Positions 1 to 8,006 of a stretch of 40,430 bases of DNA are shown piece by piece. The notes below the pieces were generated by a model. It saw nothing but the letters and a program-made list of their open reading frames with translations. It made no database searches and was not told the DNA's origin. Source of the DNA: Candidatus Gottesmanbacteria bacterium RIFOXYB1_FULL_47_11. Lineage in GTDB: Bacteria > Patescibacteriota > Microgenomatia > UBA10105 > UBA927. Made by a program: the position numbers and the translations under genes. Position 1 is the first letter of the stretch; the number at the start of each line of letters is the position of its first letter. The DNA lies in assembly GCA_001779455.1 (NCBI GenBank), contig MFKE01000020.1, positions 1 through 40,430 on the forward strand. Direction: 5' to 3'.

Positions 1-631
1 AGACGATTTCATATCCCTTTGGATGGCAAATATCGCTAAGGTAGCAAAACCAGATTTCAGTATCATCTCGTACGAAAATTGGAAGAACACCCGCGCCATG
101 TGGGACGAGATCGAGAAGTATTGGAAGGTGCGTAACATGTTGATATGGAGGTTACCCAACAGGCACCAGGGGTTCTCAGCTAAATATAAATTTTTCTCAA
201 AATACGATATAGCTATGGTTGGAACGAGTGAGGGAAAACAAATAAATGCAGAGGTTGAAGAAGAACTTTTGCAAAACGAATATGAGACTGCGTTATATGC
301 GACATCGGGGAAATCCCACTGGGAAGGATATGAACACGGAAAGAAGAATCAACCAACCGATTTTATAGAGTTTAATGCTTCGGACGAGAAACATTCTGGC
401 CAAGGGGTTGTATTTGGCTGTAAGCCCACAGAAATTCTTATCCCCTATATTAAGATGCTTACAAAACGTGGCGATCTCATAATCGAGCCCTTTGGAGGCA
501 GTGGAAGCACATTGATCGCCGCCACCAAAATGAAAAGACGATGCTACATCATGGAAAAGTCACCCGTGTACACAGAAGTCATTATTAAGCGCTGGGAAAA
601 ATTAGTTGGGCAGAAAGCTAAGAAATTATGA
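1..631 (+). CDS. DNA N4/N6-methyltransferase, C-terminal part (5' end probably runs off the window)
   Basis: The frame is open from base 2. The protein carries the SAM-binding motif EPFGGSGSTLIAA typical of beta-class N4/N6 DNA methylases. No DPPY-type catalytic motif is visible, which fits N-terminal truncation by the window edge. The stop overlaps the next start (ATGA at 628-631). Confidence 0.7.
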   Translation, partial: DDFISLWMANIAKVAKPDFSIISYENWKNTRAMWDEIEKYWKVRNMLIWRLPNRHQGFSAKYKFFSKYDIAMVGTSEGKQINAEVEEELLQNEYETALYATSGKSHWEGYEHGKKNQPTDFIEFNASDEKHSGQGVVFGCKPTEILIPYIKMLTKRGDLIIEPFGGSGSTLIAATKMKRRCYIMEKSPVYTEVIIKRWEKLVGQKAKKL

Positions 632-1062
632 AAAACCAAAACAACCAAATTACAGTCAAAGATCGAATTAAAAATGATCAGGTTTTATTGCTAGAACAAC
701 TTAGAAAAACTCCTATCGTTCAAATCGCTTGCGAAAAAGTCGGAGTTGGCAGAGCCACCTACTACCGCTGGAGAAAAGAAAGTGTGGAATTTGCCAAACA
801 AAGTGACCAAGCGTTACTTGATGGGAGCCTTCTCGTAAATGATATGGCCGAGAGTCAACTGATGAGTGCTATCAAAGACAAAAACATGACCGGAATAATT
901 TTCTGGCTCAAGCACCACCATCCAGCCTATGCAACTCGTGTGGAGGTAACAACAAATAACAAAAACCAAGATATTGAGCTAACCGATGAACAGAAAGAAT
1001 TATTAAACAAAGCATTAGAAATGGTGGCACTAGCCCCACCAGAAAAGGAGACTCATGAATGA
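628..1062 (+). CDS. HTH protein, putative terminase small subunit
   Basis: 144 aa with an HTH-like segment (VGVGRATYYRWRKES). It is translationally coupled to the methylase upstream and overlaps the large terminase start by 8 nt. The function is assigned by position only. Confidence 0.45.
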   Translation: MKNQNNQITVKDRIKNDQVLLLEQLRKTPIVQIACEKVGVGRATYYRWRKESVEFAKQSDQALLDGSLLVNDMAESQLMSAIKDKNMTGIIFWLKHHHPAYATRVEVTTNNKNQDIELTDEQKELLNKALEMVALAPPEKETHE

Positions 1063-2593
1063 CCATCAAGAAATAATCAACTTAATCCAAAGTGACCCTA
1101 ATTTTAGGAGAGCCTTAACCCGAGAAAGTTTTTCGTGGTTCTTTGTCACATATTTTACCCACTACATAACCTGTCCCACAGCTCCTTTCCAAAAGGAAAT
1201 ATTCAATCTCCTTCAGAATGAAGGAATCTTAAAGGTCGTGATAACTGCCTTTCGAGGTTCAGCAAAATCCACCATTGCGACTCTTGCCTACCCAATCTGG
1301 GCGATGCTTGGCAGGCCAGCCAAAAAATATACACTGGTTGTGAGTCAAACCCAGGATCTTTCAAAGCAAATCTTGACTAACATTAAGCAGGAGCTTTCTT
1401 CCAATGAGTTACTTATTAGGGATTTCGGACCATTTACTGAGGTTGCCGATGAGTGGCGATCTAACTCGTTTGTTATTCCTCAATACAACGCCAGAATTTC
1501 AGCTATTTCCCAAAGCGAAAGCATTCGGGGACTTCGCCACTATCAATACCGGCCTGATCTCATCGTCATTGATGATGTAGAGGACTTAGAATCGGTCAAA
1601 ACCCGAGAGGGTCGAGATAAGCTTTGGAACTGGTATACCGGAGAAGCCATGCCTATTGGCGAAATGAATACAAAAATAGTTATCGTGGGAAACCTCTTGC
1701 ACGAAGACTCCCTGATGATGCGACTTAAAGAGAGTATTAATTTTGGGAAAATGGATGGAGTTTATCGAGAATATCCTCTTTTGGACAAAAACGACAATAT
1801 CGCCTGGCCAGGCAAGTATCCTTCCATGATGCACATAGAGACCAAGAGACGACAGGTAGCTGACGAATCGGCCTGGTACCGAGAGTACTTATTGAAATTT
1901 ATTTCCGATGACAAACGAATTGTCCAAAGAAGCTGGCCCAAGTATTATGATGAGTTGCCAGATCTGAAACGATTCCCTCCACGATTTATTGGTATTGGAG
2001 TCGACCTTGCGATTTCGGAAAAAACTACCGCAGATTTTACCTCCCTCATTCCGTTTATTGCCATTGGGGGTGGAGATAATTTAAAAATATATATTCTGCC
2101 ATACATAGTAAATAAACGACTCAATTTTACCGACACGATTAGTGAGATCAAAAGACTATGCGATTTGCTAAAAAAAGACTTTCAGAGAGTTCCTATCGTT
2201 TATGTAGAAAATGTTGGGTATCAGATAGCTGTCGTTCAGCATCTCAATGTTCAGCAAGTCGTAGCAGAACCAGTTTCGATTTCTGGAATGAATAAACAAA
2301 CAAGATTAGAAGCGGCAACTCCATATATCCGGTTAGGGAAAGTACTTTTTCCTCAGAAAGGAGCGGAAGAATTAATAAGCCAGATAGTAAACTTTGGTAT
2401 CGAAAAACATGATGATTTAGTTGATGCATTCACAATTATCTGTTTGAAGATCCTAGAATCTGATTATCCTACATACAAATCGAGTGGACCTACTAAGCCA
2501 CCCGTAGATCATTGGGGATTCGACTCCTTTACAGGAGAATATCGCAACCTATCAGCTCCCATCACCGCTGGAATGCTCGACATGAAGTTCTAG
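1055..2593 (+). CDS. terL: phage terminase large subunit
   Basis: 512 aa. It has a Walker A-like FRGSAKST, a Walker B-like DLIVIDDVEDLES, and a C-terminal nuclease-like region with acidic residues (KHDDLVDAF). The size and layout are typical of TerL. Confidence 0.8.
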   Translation: MNDHQEIINLIQSDPNFRRALTRESFSWFFVTYFTHYITCPTAPFQKEIFNLLQNEGILKVVITAFRGSAKSTIATLAYPIWAMLGRPAKKYTLVVSQTQDLSKQILTNIKQELSSNELLIRDFGPFTEVADEWRSNSFVIPQYNARISAISQSESIRGLRHYQYRPDLIVIDDVEDLESVKTREGRDKLWNWYTGEAMPIGEMNTKIVIVGNLLHEDSLMMRLKESINFGKMDGVYREYPLLDKNDNIAWPGKYPSMMHIETKRRQVADESAWYREYLLKFISDDKRIVQRSWPKYYDELPDLKRFPPRFIGIGVDLAISEKTTADFTSLIPFIAIGGGDNLKIYILPYIVNKRLNFTDTISEIKRLCDLLKKDFQRVPIVYVENVGYQIAVVQHLNVQQVVAEPVSISGMNKQTRLEAATPYIRLGKVLFPQKGAEELISQIVNFGIEKHDDLVDAFTIICLKILESDYPTYKSSGPTKPPVDHWGFDSFTGEYRNLSAPITAGMLDMKF

Positions 2594-2595
2594 GC

Positions 2596-2627
2596 ACAAC
2601 AGAAAGACCTCTCGATCTTTCTGTTGT
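2596..2627. terminator. hairpin between convergent genes (bidirectional terminator candidate)
   Basis: ACAACAGAAAGA-cctctcga-TCTTTCTGTTGT gives a perfect 12-bp stem. It lies between the terL stop (2593) and the stop of the minus-strand ORF (2631), with A/T-rich flanks. Confidence 0.5.
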
Positions 2628-2630
2628 AAT

Positions 2631-3500
2631 TTACTTCTCGCTCTTAAGCTCTCTGTAATAAGAGTCTTTAAGTGGATATTCTGCGTAAGGCCCAAAACTG
2701 TATCCGACGGTTGCAACTAGGTGATCAGCTAGGAACACTGTGTTCTTTTTTTTCCAAGCCTCTCTTTCGGCTACGGTTACGTTGTAGCTCATCATCTTGT
2801 TAGTATATTCAGCATCTAACTCGAATGCCTTTTTATCATCAAAAAGGCTTATGTTGCATTGCTTTTTACAACTTTTCTGAACCTCACTAGCGATTCCTTG
2901 TGGGTCAGCCTCTCCAACTTTGATGAGAATACTAATATTCTCATCCGTTTTGCCTTCAACCCGTGAGAGTATTTCATATTCATATTTTAGAGTCGGGCTT
3001 ATTTTCACTCCTGTAAAGGATGAAGGATCTTTAAGAGTTTTAACAAATTCAATTTTGTATCTTGAATCATTCTCTTTTAGATTTCCAAGTTCTAATAAGT
3101 GGTTTTTGTCCTTAGTCTTCCCAGAGGGATCATCAGAACTAATAAAAAAGTCTTTAACCCTTTTAGTCGCGATGTCGTACGTCACCAATAGGCTCTTTCC
3201 GTCCTTCTCAAACTCAACCTCCCACTCTTTAACTCCCAGCTTTATTTGATCTGAAGTCGGTTCCAAGAACTTCTTTTTATAAGAATCAAGATCTTTCTTG
3301 ATTTCATCTATATTCTTGCCTATAAGGCTTGGTATATCGAAAACAAAGGCTATTTTTTCTTCTTCTTGTTTTTCGACCTTCACTTGGCTAGTTGGCTGTT
3401 TAGTTGGAGTGTTCTTACCAACTACGCCTAGAAAGATTATTAAGAGGAATCCTCCTCCGATAATTAATAGTAATTTCTTCATGTTTTCACCTCCTTTCAA
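2631..3500 (-). CDS. hypothetical membrane-anchored/secreted protein
   Basis: 289-aa ORF with an N-terminal hydrophobic helix (KKLLLIIGGGFLLIIFLGVVG) and a GGAGG-like SD (aaggaggtgaaaac) upstream of the ATG. I recognise no family. Confidence 0.55.
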   Translation of the reverse strand: MKGGENMKKLLLIIGGGFLLIIFLGVVGKNTPTKQPTSQVKVEKQEEEKIAFVFDIPSLIGKNIDEIKKDLDSYKKKFLEPTSDQIKLGVKEWEVEFEKDGKSLLVTYDIATKRVKDFFISSDDPSGKTKDKNHLLELGNLKENDSRYKIEFVKTLKDPSSFTGVKISPTLKYEYEILSRVEGKTDENISILIKVGEADPQGIASEVQKSCKKQCNISLFDDKKAFELDAEYTNKMMSYNVTVAEREAWKKKNTVFLADHLVATVGYSFGPYAEYPLKDSYYRELKSEK

Positions 3501-3556
3501 TGATGTTGTAATACTAACTTACATTTAAGCATATTTCAAGGCTGAATGCTCGCTTT

Positions 3557-3577
3557 AAGCTAGTGGTGTACTAGCTT
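3557..3577. promoter_or_regulatory. inverted repeat in divergent intergenic region (candidate operator for the XRE regulator)
   Basis: AAGCTAGT-ggtgt-ACTAGCTT, an 8-bp perfect inverted repeat about 20 nt upstream of the XRE gene start. Confidence 0.3.
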
Positions 3578-3598
3578 CTGGCTATCAATAATTAGACC

Positions 3599-3811
3599 AT
3601 GGGGAAAATTACTAAGAATCAGGTCAAATTTGGACACAGAATTCAAAAAAGACGTCAGGAGCTTGGTATAACCCAGGAGGAATTAGCCGACAGATTGAAT
3701 TTGAGTAGGACACACATGGGTCACATAGAACAAGGGAGAAGATCTCCTTCGCTTGAAGTTTTAAATAAGATTGCAAAAGCACTGAAGACTTCACCTAAAT
3801 TCTTTTTTTAG
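3599..3811 (+). CDS. XRE-family helix-turn-helix transcriptional regulator
   Basis: 70 aa containing RRQELGITQEELADRLNLSRTHMGHIEQGRRSPSLEVLNKIAKAL, a canonical Cro/C1-type HTH. Confidence 0.85.
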   Translation: MGKITKNQVKFGHRIQKRRQELGITQEELADRLNLSRTHMGHIEQGRRSPSLEVLNKIAKALKTSPKFFF

Positions 3812-3857
3812 TACCTCCAGAATCTTTTCGGTGATTCCTTTTTAAGTTTTCTGTGGA

Positions 3858-3886
3858 TTGACTTATTGCAACTGATTTGCAATAAT
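3858..3886 (+). promoter_or_regulatory. sigma70-like promoter with palindromic Fur/Zur-type operator in the spacer (copy A)
   Basis: TTGACT (3858-3863), a 17-nt spacer, then AATAAT (3881-3886). The 7-5-7 palindrome ATTGCAA-ctgat-TTGCAAT (3865-3883) fills the spacer. Confidence 0.5.
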
Positions 3887-4024
3887 ATCTCAAGAATTAT
3901 GGAAGAAATTGCTAAAAAACTTCAACAAAAAGTATATAGATTTACAAAACAAAGGCAAGAAATTTTTGATGCCCTAACCACCTCTCCACAAAGCGTTGAG
4001 GAAATTATTATCTCGCTCAAGAAT
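3858..4024 (+). repeat. copy A of a duplicated Fur/Zur promoter-operator-5'CDS segment (partner at 7978..8144)
   Basis: By manual alignment, about 149 of 167 positions are identical to 7978..8144. The first ~60 nt (promoter, palindrome, start codon) differ at only 2 positions. Confidence 0.9.
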
Positions 4025-4039
4025 ATTGAAAAGCTATAA
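3899..4039 (+). pseudogene. truncated Fur-family regulator fragment (46 codons, N-terminal part only)
   Basis: MEEIAKKLQQKVYRFTKQRQEIFDALTTSPQSVEEIIISLKNIEKL* aligns with the first ~42 residues of the intact Fur-family protein at 8019..8423 and then diverges to a stop. Confidence 0.6.
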
Positions 4040-4048
4040 TAAAAAAGT

Positions 4049-4189
4049 ATGAAAAAGCAGTGGGTTATAATCGCCATTCTTTTAGCAGTCATTTTTATTT
4101 GGTTTCTGCTTACCGCTGACTGCGTAGTTAACAGAATCAACTCTGGTATTTCTGTCGACTGGGCAAACATCAAGGATTGCAGTTACTAA
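4049..4189 (+). CDS. possible small membrane peptide (46 aa)
   Basis: MKKQWVIIAILLAVIFIWFLLTADCVVNRINSGISVDWANIKDCSY* has one clear hydrophobic helix. It is below the ORF-track size cutoff and has no family assignment. Confidence 0.25.
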   Translation: MKKQWVIIAILLAVIFIWFLLTADCVVNRINSGISVDWANIKDCSY

Positions 4190-4191
4190 GA

Positions 4192-4353
4192 TTACTCCGT
4201 CTTATCTCCTGCTTTAAGACCCTTTATAAATGCTCGCCTGGAGGCTTTGGCTCTTGCCTTGCTGTTTTTCTTCCACTCGGATATTTTCTTCTTACGATCT
4301 TCGTTTAGAAGTTGTTTTATTTTCTCCTGGTATTTATTTGGTTTCTTTTCCAT
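4192..4353 (-). CDS. possible small lysine-rich protein (53 aa)
   Basis: The reverse strand reads gctGAGGTGacaattATG, followed by MEKKPNKYQEKIKQLLNEDRKKKISEWKKNSKARAKASRRAFIKGLKAGDKTE*. The SD spacing is good. I recognise no family. Confidence 0.35.
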   Translation of the reverse strand: MEKKPNKYQEKIKQLLNEDRKKKISEWKKNSKARAKASRRAFIKGLKAGDKTE

Positions 4354-4721
4354 AATTGTCACCTCAGCACTGAAACATAAAGAAAAATGGAGTAAATATC
4401 AAGTTAAGTTGAATTTTTACCAAGACAGAGTTAAATTGTTCACTGGTTCTGACGCTAGAAATACACCTTTGAATGGGAAACTCTCCAGGCTAGCCCACAT
4501 AAGTATGGAGGTTAAGGAGTCCTCCCAGAACTACTGCAGATTCCTGCAACAAATCCCCAACGAGGCTTCTAAGACTAAACAGAGGTGAACTTATGCCACC
4601 CCAGGCATGAAAGCTTCGCACGGGTCAACACACGGGGTTACACTGCTCTTTACTTTGATTTGGTTTGATATTGTTAAATGCCTTGTAATAAAAAGTGGTT
4701 TATTGTTTAATGGTTATATAA

Positions 4722-4877
4722 AGAGTTTACATAGTGAAGTCCAGTGAAATTCTGGCACTGTCGCGCAACGGTATAGTCCGATCCTGTGTAACAAATCCGA
4801 AAGGATTAACTTTAGGCTCGCGCCAAGCCGTTATGTGAATGCATATATCCACTTGGCTTTTCGAGCCAAGTTTTTTG
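4722..4877 (+). promoter_or_regulatory. cobalamin (B12) riboswitch with terminator expression platform, upstream of nrdD
   Basis: ACAUAGUGAAGUCCAGUGAAAUUCUGGCACUGUCGCGCAACGGUAUAG (about 4729-4776) closely parallels the conserved core of cobalamin riboswitches (btuB-type AAUAGGGAAUCCAGUGCGAAUCUGGAGCUGACGCGCAGCGGUAAGG, recalled from memory). It is followed by a B12-box-like AGUCCGAUCCUGUG. Downstream, gccaag (4822-4827) can pair with cttggc (4852-4857) as an antiterminator that competes with the terminator stem. Confidence 0.7.
4852..4877 (+). terminator. intrinsic terminator (riboswitch expression platform)
   Basis: CTTGGCT-tttcg-AGCCAAG followed by TTTTTTG. It lies inside the ORF-track extension of nrdD (4835 start), which argues for the downstream ATG at 4904. 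Confidence 0.7.
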
Positions 4878-4903
4878 TTAATAAGGGATATGCGCAAACA
4901 CAT

Positions 4904-6988
4904 ATGAATAAAATTAAAAAACGAGACGGTAGAATTGTCTCATTCAAACAAGAAAAGATAACCTCAGCCATTAGCAAGGCGGGTAAAGAAACTGGTGAAT
5001 TTGATCTTTCTCAAGCAGAAAAACTCTCCAACAAAGTTGTAGAAAAACTGAACCAAGTCGTTACTGGTATCCCAACTGTCGAACAGGTTCAAGATATTGT
5101 TGAGGATGTGCTTTTGGACTCCCGATTTAAGAAAACAGCCAAGGCATATATTCTCTATCGGAATCAACATAAGCAATTGCGCAAGATCACCAATGCCGTT
5201 AATAACGGGTTAGTTGATAATTACCTTAACAAGACAGACTGGCAGGTAAAAGAGAACAGCAATATGTCTTATTCCCTGCAAGGACTGAATAATTACATAT
5301 CAAGTGAGGTAAGTAAAAATTATTGGCTACATAAGATATATCCAGAGCAAATTCGCTTGGCGCACATCTCAGGTGACTTTCATCTTCATGATCTTAATAT
5401 CCTCTCTGTCTATTGTGTGGGTTGGGATCTGTTTGATTTATTGATGGAAGGATTTACAGGAGTGTCAGGCAAGATTTCCAGTAGACCTCCGAAACATTTT
5501 CGATCAGCTTTGGGACAGGTGGTTAATTTTTTCTACACTCTACAAGGAGAGGCTGCGGGAGCACAGGCATTTAGTAATTTTGACACCCTACTTGCTCCGT
5601 TTATCCATTACGACAAACTCAACTATAAAGAGGTAAAACAAGCTCTTCAGGAATTTCTCTTTAATATTAATGTGCCAACTCGGGTTGGTTTTCAAACTCC
5701 GTTTACCAATGTCACGCTTGATTTGACCGTCCCCAAGCACTATGATTCTCAATCCGTCATTATCGGTGGACAACCACAGAAAGAAACATATCAGGAATTT
5801 CAAAAAGAAATGGATATGCTTAATAAAGCCTTTTTAGAAGTTATGGCAGAGGGCGATGCGAGTGGTCGGGTTTTTACATTCCCTATCCCTACTTACAACA
5901 TTACCAAGGACTTTGATTGGGACAATGAGATTTGTAAATCACTTTGGGAGGTGACGGGTAAGTATGGGTTGCCGTATTTTTCCAACTTCATCAATTCTGA
6001 TATGAACCCAGAGGACGCCCGCTCTATGTGTTGTCGATTAAGAATTGATAATAGACAGCTGGAAAAGCGAGGTGGCGGACTTTTTGGAGCAAATCCATTA
6101 ACTGGCTCGATTGGAGTAGTTACCGTTAATCTTCCTCGTATCGGCTATGAAACCAAAACTAAAAAACAGTTTTTGGCGAAACTTAAGGAGTTGATGGTGT
6201 TAGCAAAAGATAGCTTGGAAATCAAGCGAAAAGTGCTGGAAAAATTCACCGAGGCGAATCTCTATCCCTACACAAAGTTTTATTTAAGAGGTATTAAAGC
6301 CCGTCATAAGTGTTACTGGAGAAATCACTTTTCTACCATTGGAATTATAGGAATGAACGAAGCTATCCTTAACCTTTTTGGGGAAAACATTGCTTCGGAT
6401 AAGGGTAAACAGTTTGCTGAAGAGGTTTTGGAATTTATGCGGGACATTTTACTTACTTTTCAAAAAGAGACGGGAAATAACTACAACTTAGAGGCTACAC
6501 CAGCCGAAGGAACATCGTATAGGCTGGCTCTGTCTGATCAGAAAAAACTTAAAAATAGTAATTTTGCAAACGGTAAAGGTAAAAACGCGATTAGTCCTTT
6601 CTATACCAATTCCACACATTTACCTGTCAATTACACCAACGACATATTTGACGCATTGGATTTACAAGACAACTTGCAAACCAAATACACGGGTGGGACG
6701 GTAGTGCATCTTTTCCTGGGAGAGCGAATAGATGATAGTGAGAGCGTAAAAAACCTAATCAAAAAAGTTTGTGAGAATTATCGATTACCCTATTTTACTT
6801 TGTCACCCACTTTTAGTGTTTGCCCTACACACGGTTATTTGATCGGCGAAGTTCCTGTTTGTGATAAATGTGGCACTCAATGCGAGGTGTATTCCAGGAT
6901 CGTGGGTTATCTAAGACCAATTGATCAATGGAACGATGGTAAACGAGCAGAGTTCAGTATGAGGAAGACATATGGAGTTCAAACATAG
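4904..6988 (+). CDS. nrdD: anaerobic ribonucleoside-triphosphate reductase (class III RNR)
   Basis: The N-terminus has an ATP-cone start (MNKIKKRDGRIVSF), and the active-site region reads SMCCRLRID. The C-terminus has a zinc site (CPTHGY...CDKCGTQC) and a glycyl-radical motif (SRIVGYLRP). The start was moved to 4904 because the riboswitch terminator lies upstream. Confidence 0.95.
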   Translation: MNKIKKRDGRIVSFKQEKITSAISKAGKETGEFDLSQAEKLSNKVVEKLNQVVTGIPTVEQVQDIVEDVLLDSRFKKTAKAYILYRNQHKQLRKITNAVNNGLVDNYLNKTDWQVKENSNMSYSLQGLNNYISSEVSKNYWLHKIYPEQIRLAHISGDFHLHDLNILSVYCVGWDLFDLLMEGFTGVSGKISSRPPKHFRSALGQVVNFFYTLQGEAAGAQAFSNFDTLLAPFIHYDKLNYKEVKQALQEFLFNINVPTRVGFQTPFTNVTLDLTVPKHYDSQSVIIGGQPQKETYQEFQKEMDMLNKAFLEVMAEGDASGRVFTFPIPTYNITKDFDWDNEICKSLWEVTGKYGLPYFSNFINSDMNPEDARSMCCRLRIDNRQLEKRGGGLFGANPLTGSIGVVTVNLPRIGYETKTKKQFLAKLKELMVLAKDSLEIKRKVLEKFTEANLYPYTKFYLRGIKARHKCYWRNHFSTIGIIGMNEAILNLFGENIASDKGKQFAEEVLEFMRDILLTFQKETGNNYNLEATPAEGTSYRLALSDQKKLKNSNFANGKGKNAISPFYTNSTHLPVNYTNDIFDALDLQDNLQTKYTGGTVVHLFLGERIDDSESVKNLIKKVCENYRLPYFTLSPTFSVCPTHGYLIGEVPVCDKCGTQCEVYSRIVGYLRPIDQWNDGKRAEFSMRKTYGVQT

Positions 6989-6990
6989 TT

Positions 6991-7680
6991 ATGGTAATAG
7001 GAGGATTACAAAAGTTTTCATTAGTTGATTATCCTGGTAAAACCTGTGCAATCATTTTTACCAGAGGTTGTAATTTTCGTTGCCGTTACTGTCATAATCC
7101 AGAGTTAGTAATTCCCGAACAATATACTCTAGAGATTCCATTAAAAGTGGTTTTTGACTTCCTGGAGACCCGCAGAGGAAAACTTGACGCAGTTGAGATT
7201 ACTGGAGGTGAGCCAACTCAACATGCCGATCTCATTGGGGTAATTAGCCAGATCAAAGACATGGGTTTCTTGGTGAAGCTGGATAGCAATGGGAGTAGAC
7301 CAGAAGTTCTCAAAACTGCCATTGATCAAAAATTGGTTGACTACCTGGCAATGGATGTTAAAGCTCCACTGAAAGATTATGTCAAGATAATGGGTTGGCA
7401 AGTGCCCGCTGAGAAATTACAACAGAGCATTTCCCTTATTATGAACTCCGGCATCGATTACGAGTTTCGGACCACTATCGTCAAATCCTTAACAAGCAAA
7501 GATGATCTCAGGGAAATAGCCAAAACTATCAAGGGTGCTAAGAGATATTTTTTGCAAAAGTTTATCCCCGCAAAGTTGGTCGATAGTAGTTGTAATAACG
7601 AAGTCTCTTACAGTGATAGAGAACTTCAAGAATTAGCTCAGGAGCTAATGAGATATGTTGTGTTTTGTGGGGTGAGATAA
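6991..7680 (+). CDS. nrdG: anaerobic ribonucleotide reductase activating protein (radical SAM)
   Basis: It has a CxxxCxxC cluster (GCNFRCRYCHNP) near the N-terminus and a GGEP motif. It starts 3 nt after nrdD. Confidence 0.9.
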   Translation: MVIGGLQKFSLVDYPGKTCAIIFTRGCNFRCRYCHNPELVIPEQYTLEIPLKVVFDFLETRRGKLDAVEITGGEPTQHADLIGVISQIKDMGFLVKLDSNGSRPEVLKTAIDQKLVDYLAMDVKAPLKDYVKIMGWQVPAEKLQQSISLIMNSGIDYEFRTTIVKSLTSKDDLREIAKTIKGAKRYFLQKFIPAKLVDSSCNNEVSYSDRELQELAQELMRYVVFCGVR

Positions 7681-7690
7681 CTGGATAAAA

Positions 7691-7981
7691 ATGTCTGTTG
7701 AAAATATAGGAATATTGATGGAGAAGATGAGAAAGGCTGGAGGTGGCTGTGCTAGTTGCATTGGTGGTGCATGTAGCGGTTGCCCATTTATAAAAGTTAA
7801 TGAACAAAAAGCTGAAGTAATATCAAGTTCTCCAGTTTTGTCAATTCTGCCTGTATTTAATAGATTTACGGAGATGAAACATTTCACTGAAATTACCTGT
7901 AAAGTTTGTGGCAGATGTTACGAGGCTTTTAATGGATTCTCTTGTTGCCCACATTGTGGAGAAAATACTAAATCTAGTTGA
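7691..7981 (+). CDS. small cysteine-rich protein with C-terminal zinc-ribbon-like motif
   Basis: 96 aa. The N-terminus carries GGGCASCIGGACSGCPF (CxxCxxxxCxxC) and the C-terminus carries CKVCGRC...CCPHCG. It has the same strand and spacing as nrdDG. I recognise no family. Confidence 0.5.
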   Translation: MSVENIGILMEKMRKAGGGCASCIGGACSGCPFIKVNEQKAEVISSSPVLSILPVFNRFTEMKHFTEITCKVCGRCYEAFNGFSCCPHCGENTKSS

Positions 7982-8006
7982 CTTATTGCAACTGGTTTGC
8001 AATAAT
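7978..8006 (+). promoter_or_regulatory. sigma70-like promoter with palindromic Fur/Zur-type operator in the spacer (copy B)
   Basis: TTGACT (7978-7983), a 17-nt spacer, then AATAAT (8001-8006). The palindrome ATTGCAA-ctggt-TTGCAAT (7985-8003) fills the spacer. The ATG at 8019 is only ~12 nt from the -10 element, so the mRNA has almost no leader and no obvious SD. Confidence 0.55.

Noticed and set aside
4247-4588. 113-aa plus-strand ORF
   Set aside because: It has a low-complexity F/S/L-rich N-terminus and is antisense to a better small ORF that has a good SD. It has no recognisable motif, so it is likely non-coding.
4380-4640. RNase P RNA, SRP RNA, 6S RNA or a second riboswitch in the GC-richer non-coding patch
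   Set aside because: None of the diagnostic motifs I know is present (GAGGAAAGUCCGGGC, AGGUCAGGUCCGGAAGGAAGCAGCC, ZTP/fluoride cores). It is kept only as a low-interest unexplained region.
4835-4903. 5' extension of nrdD in the ORF track (MNAYIHLAFRAKFFVNKGYAQTH...)
   Set aside because: The extension contains the riboswitch terminator hairpin and T-tract (4852-4877). The conserved ATP-cone start MNKIKKRDGRIVSF begins at ATG 4904.
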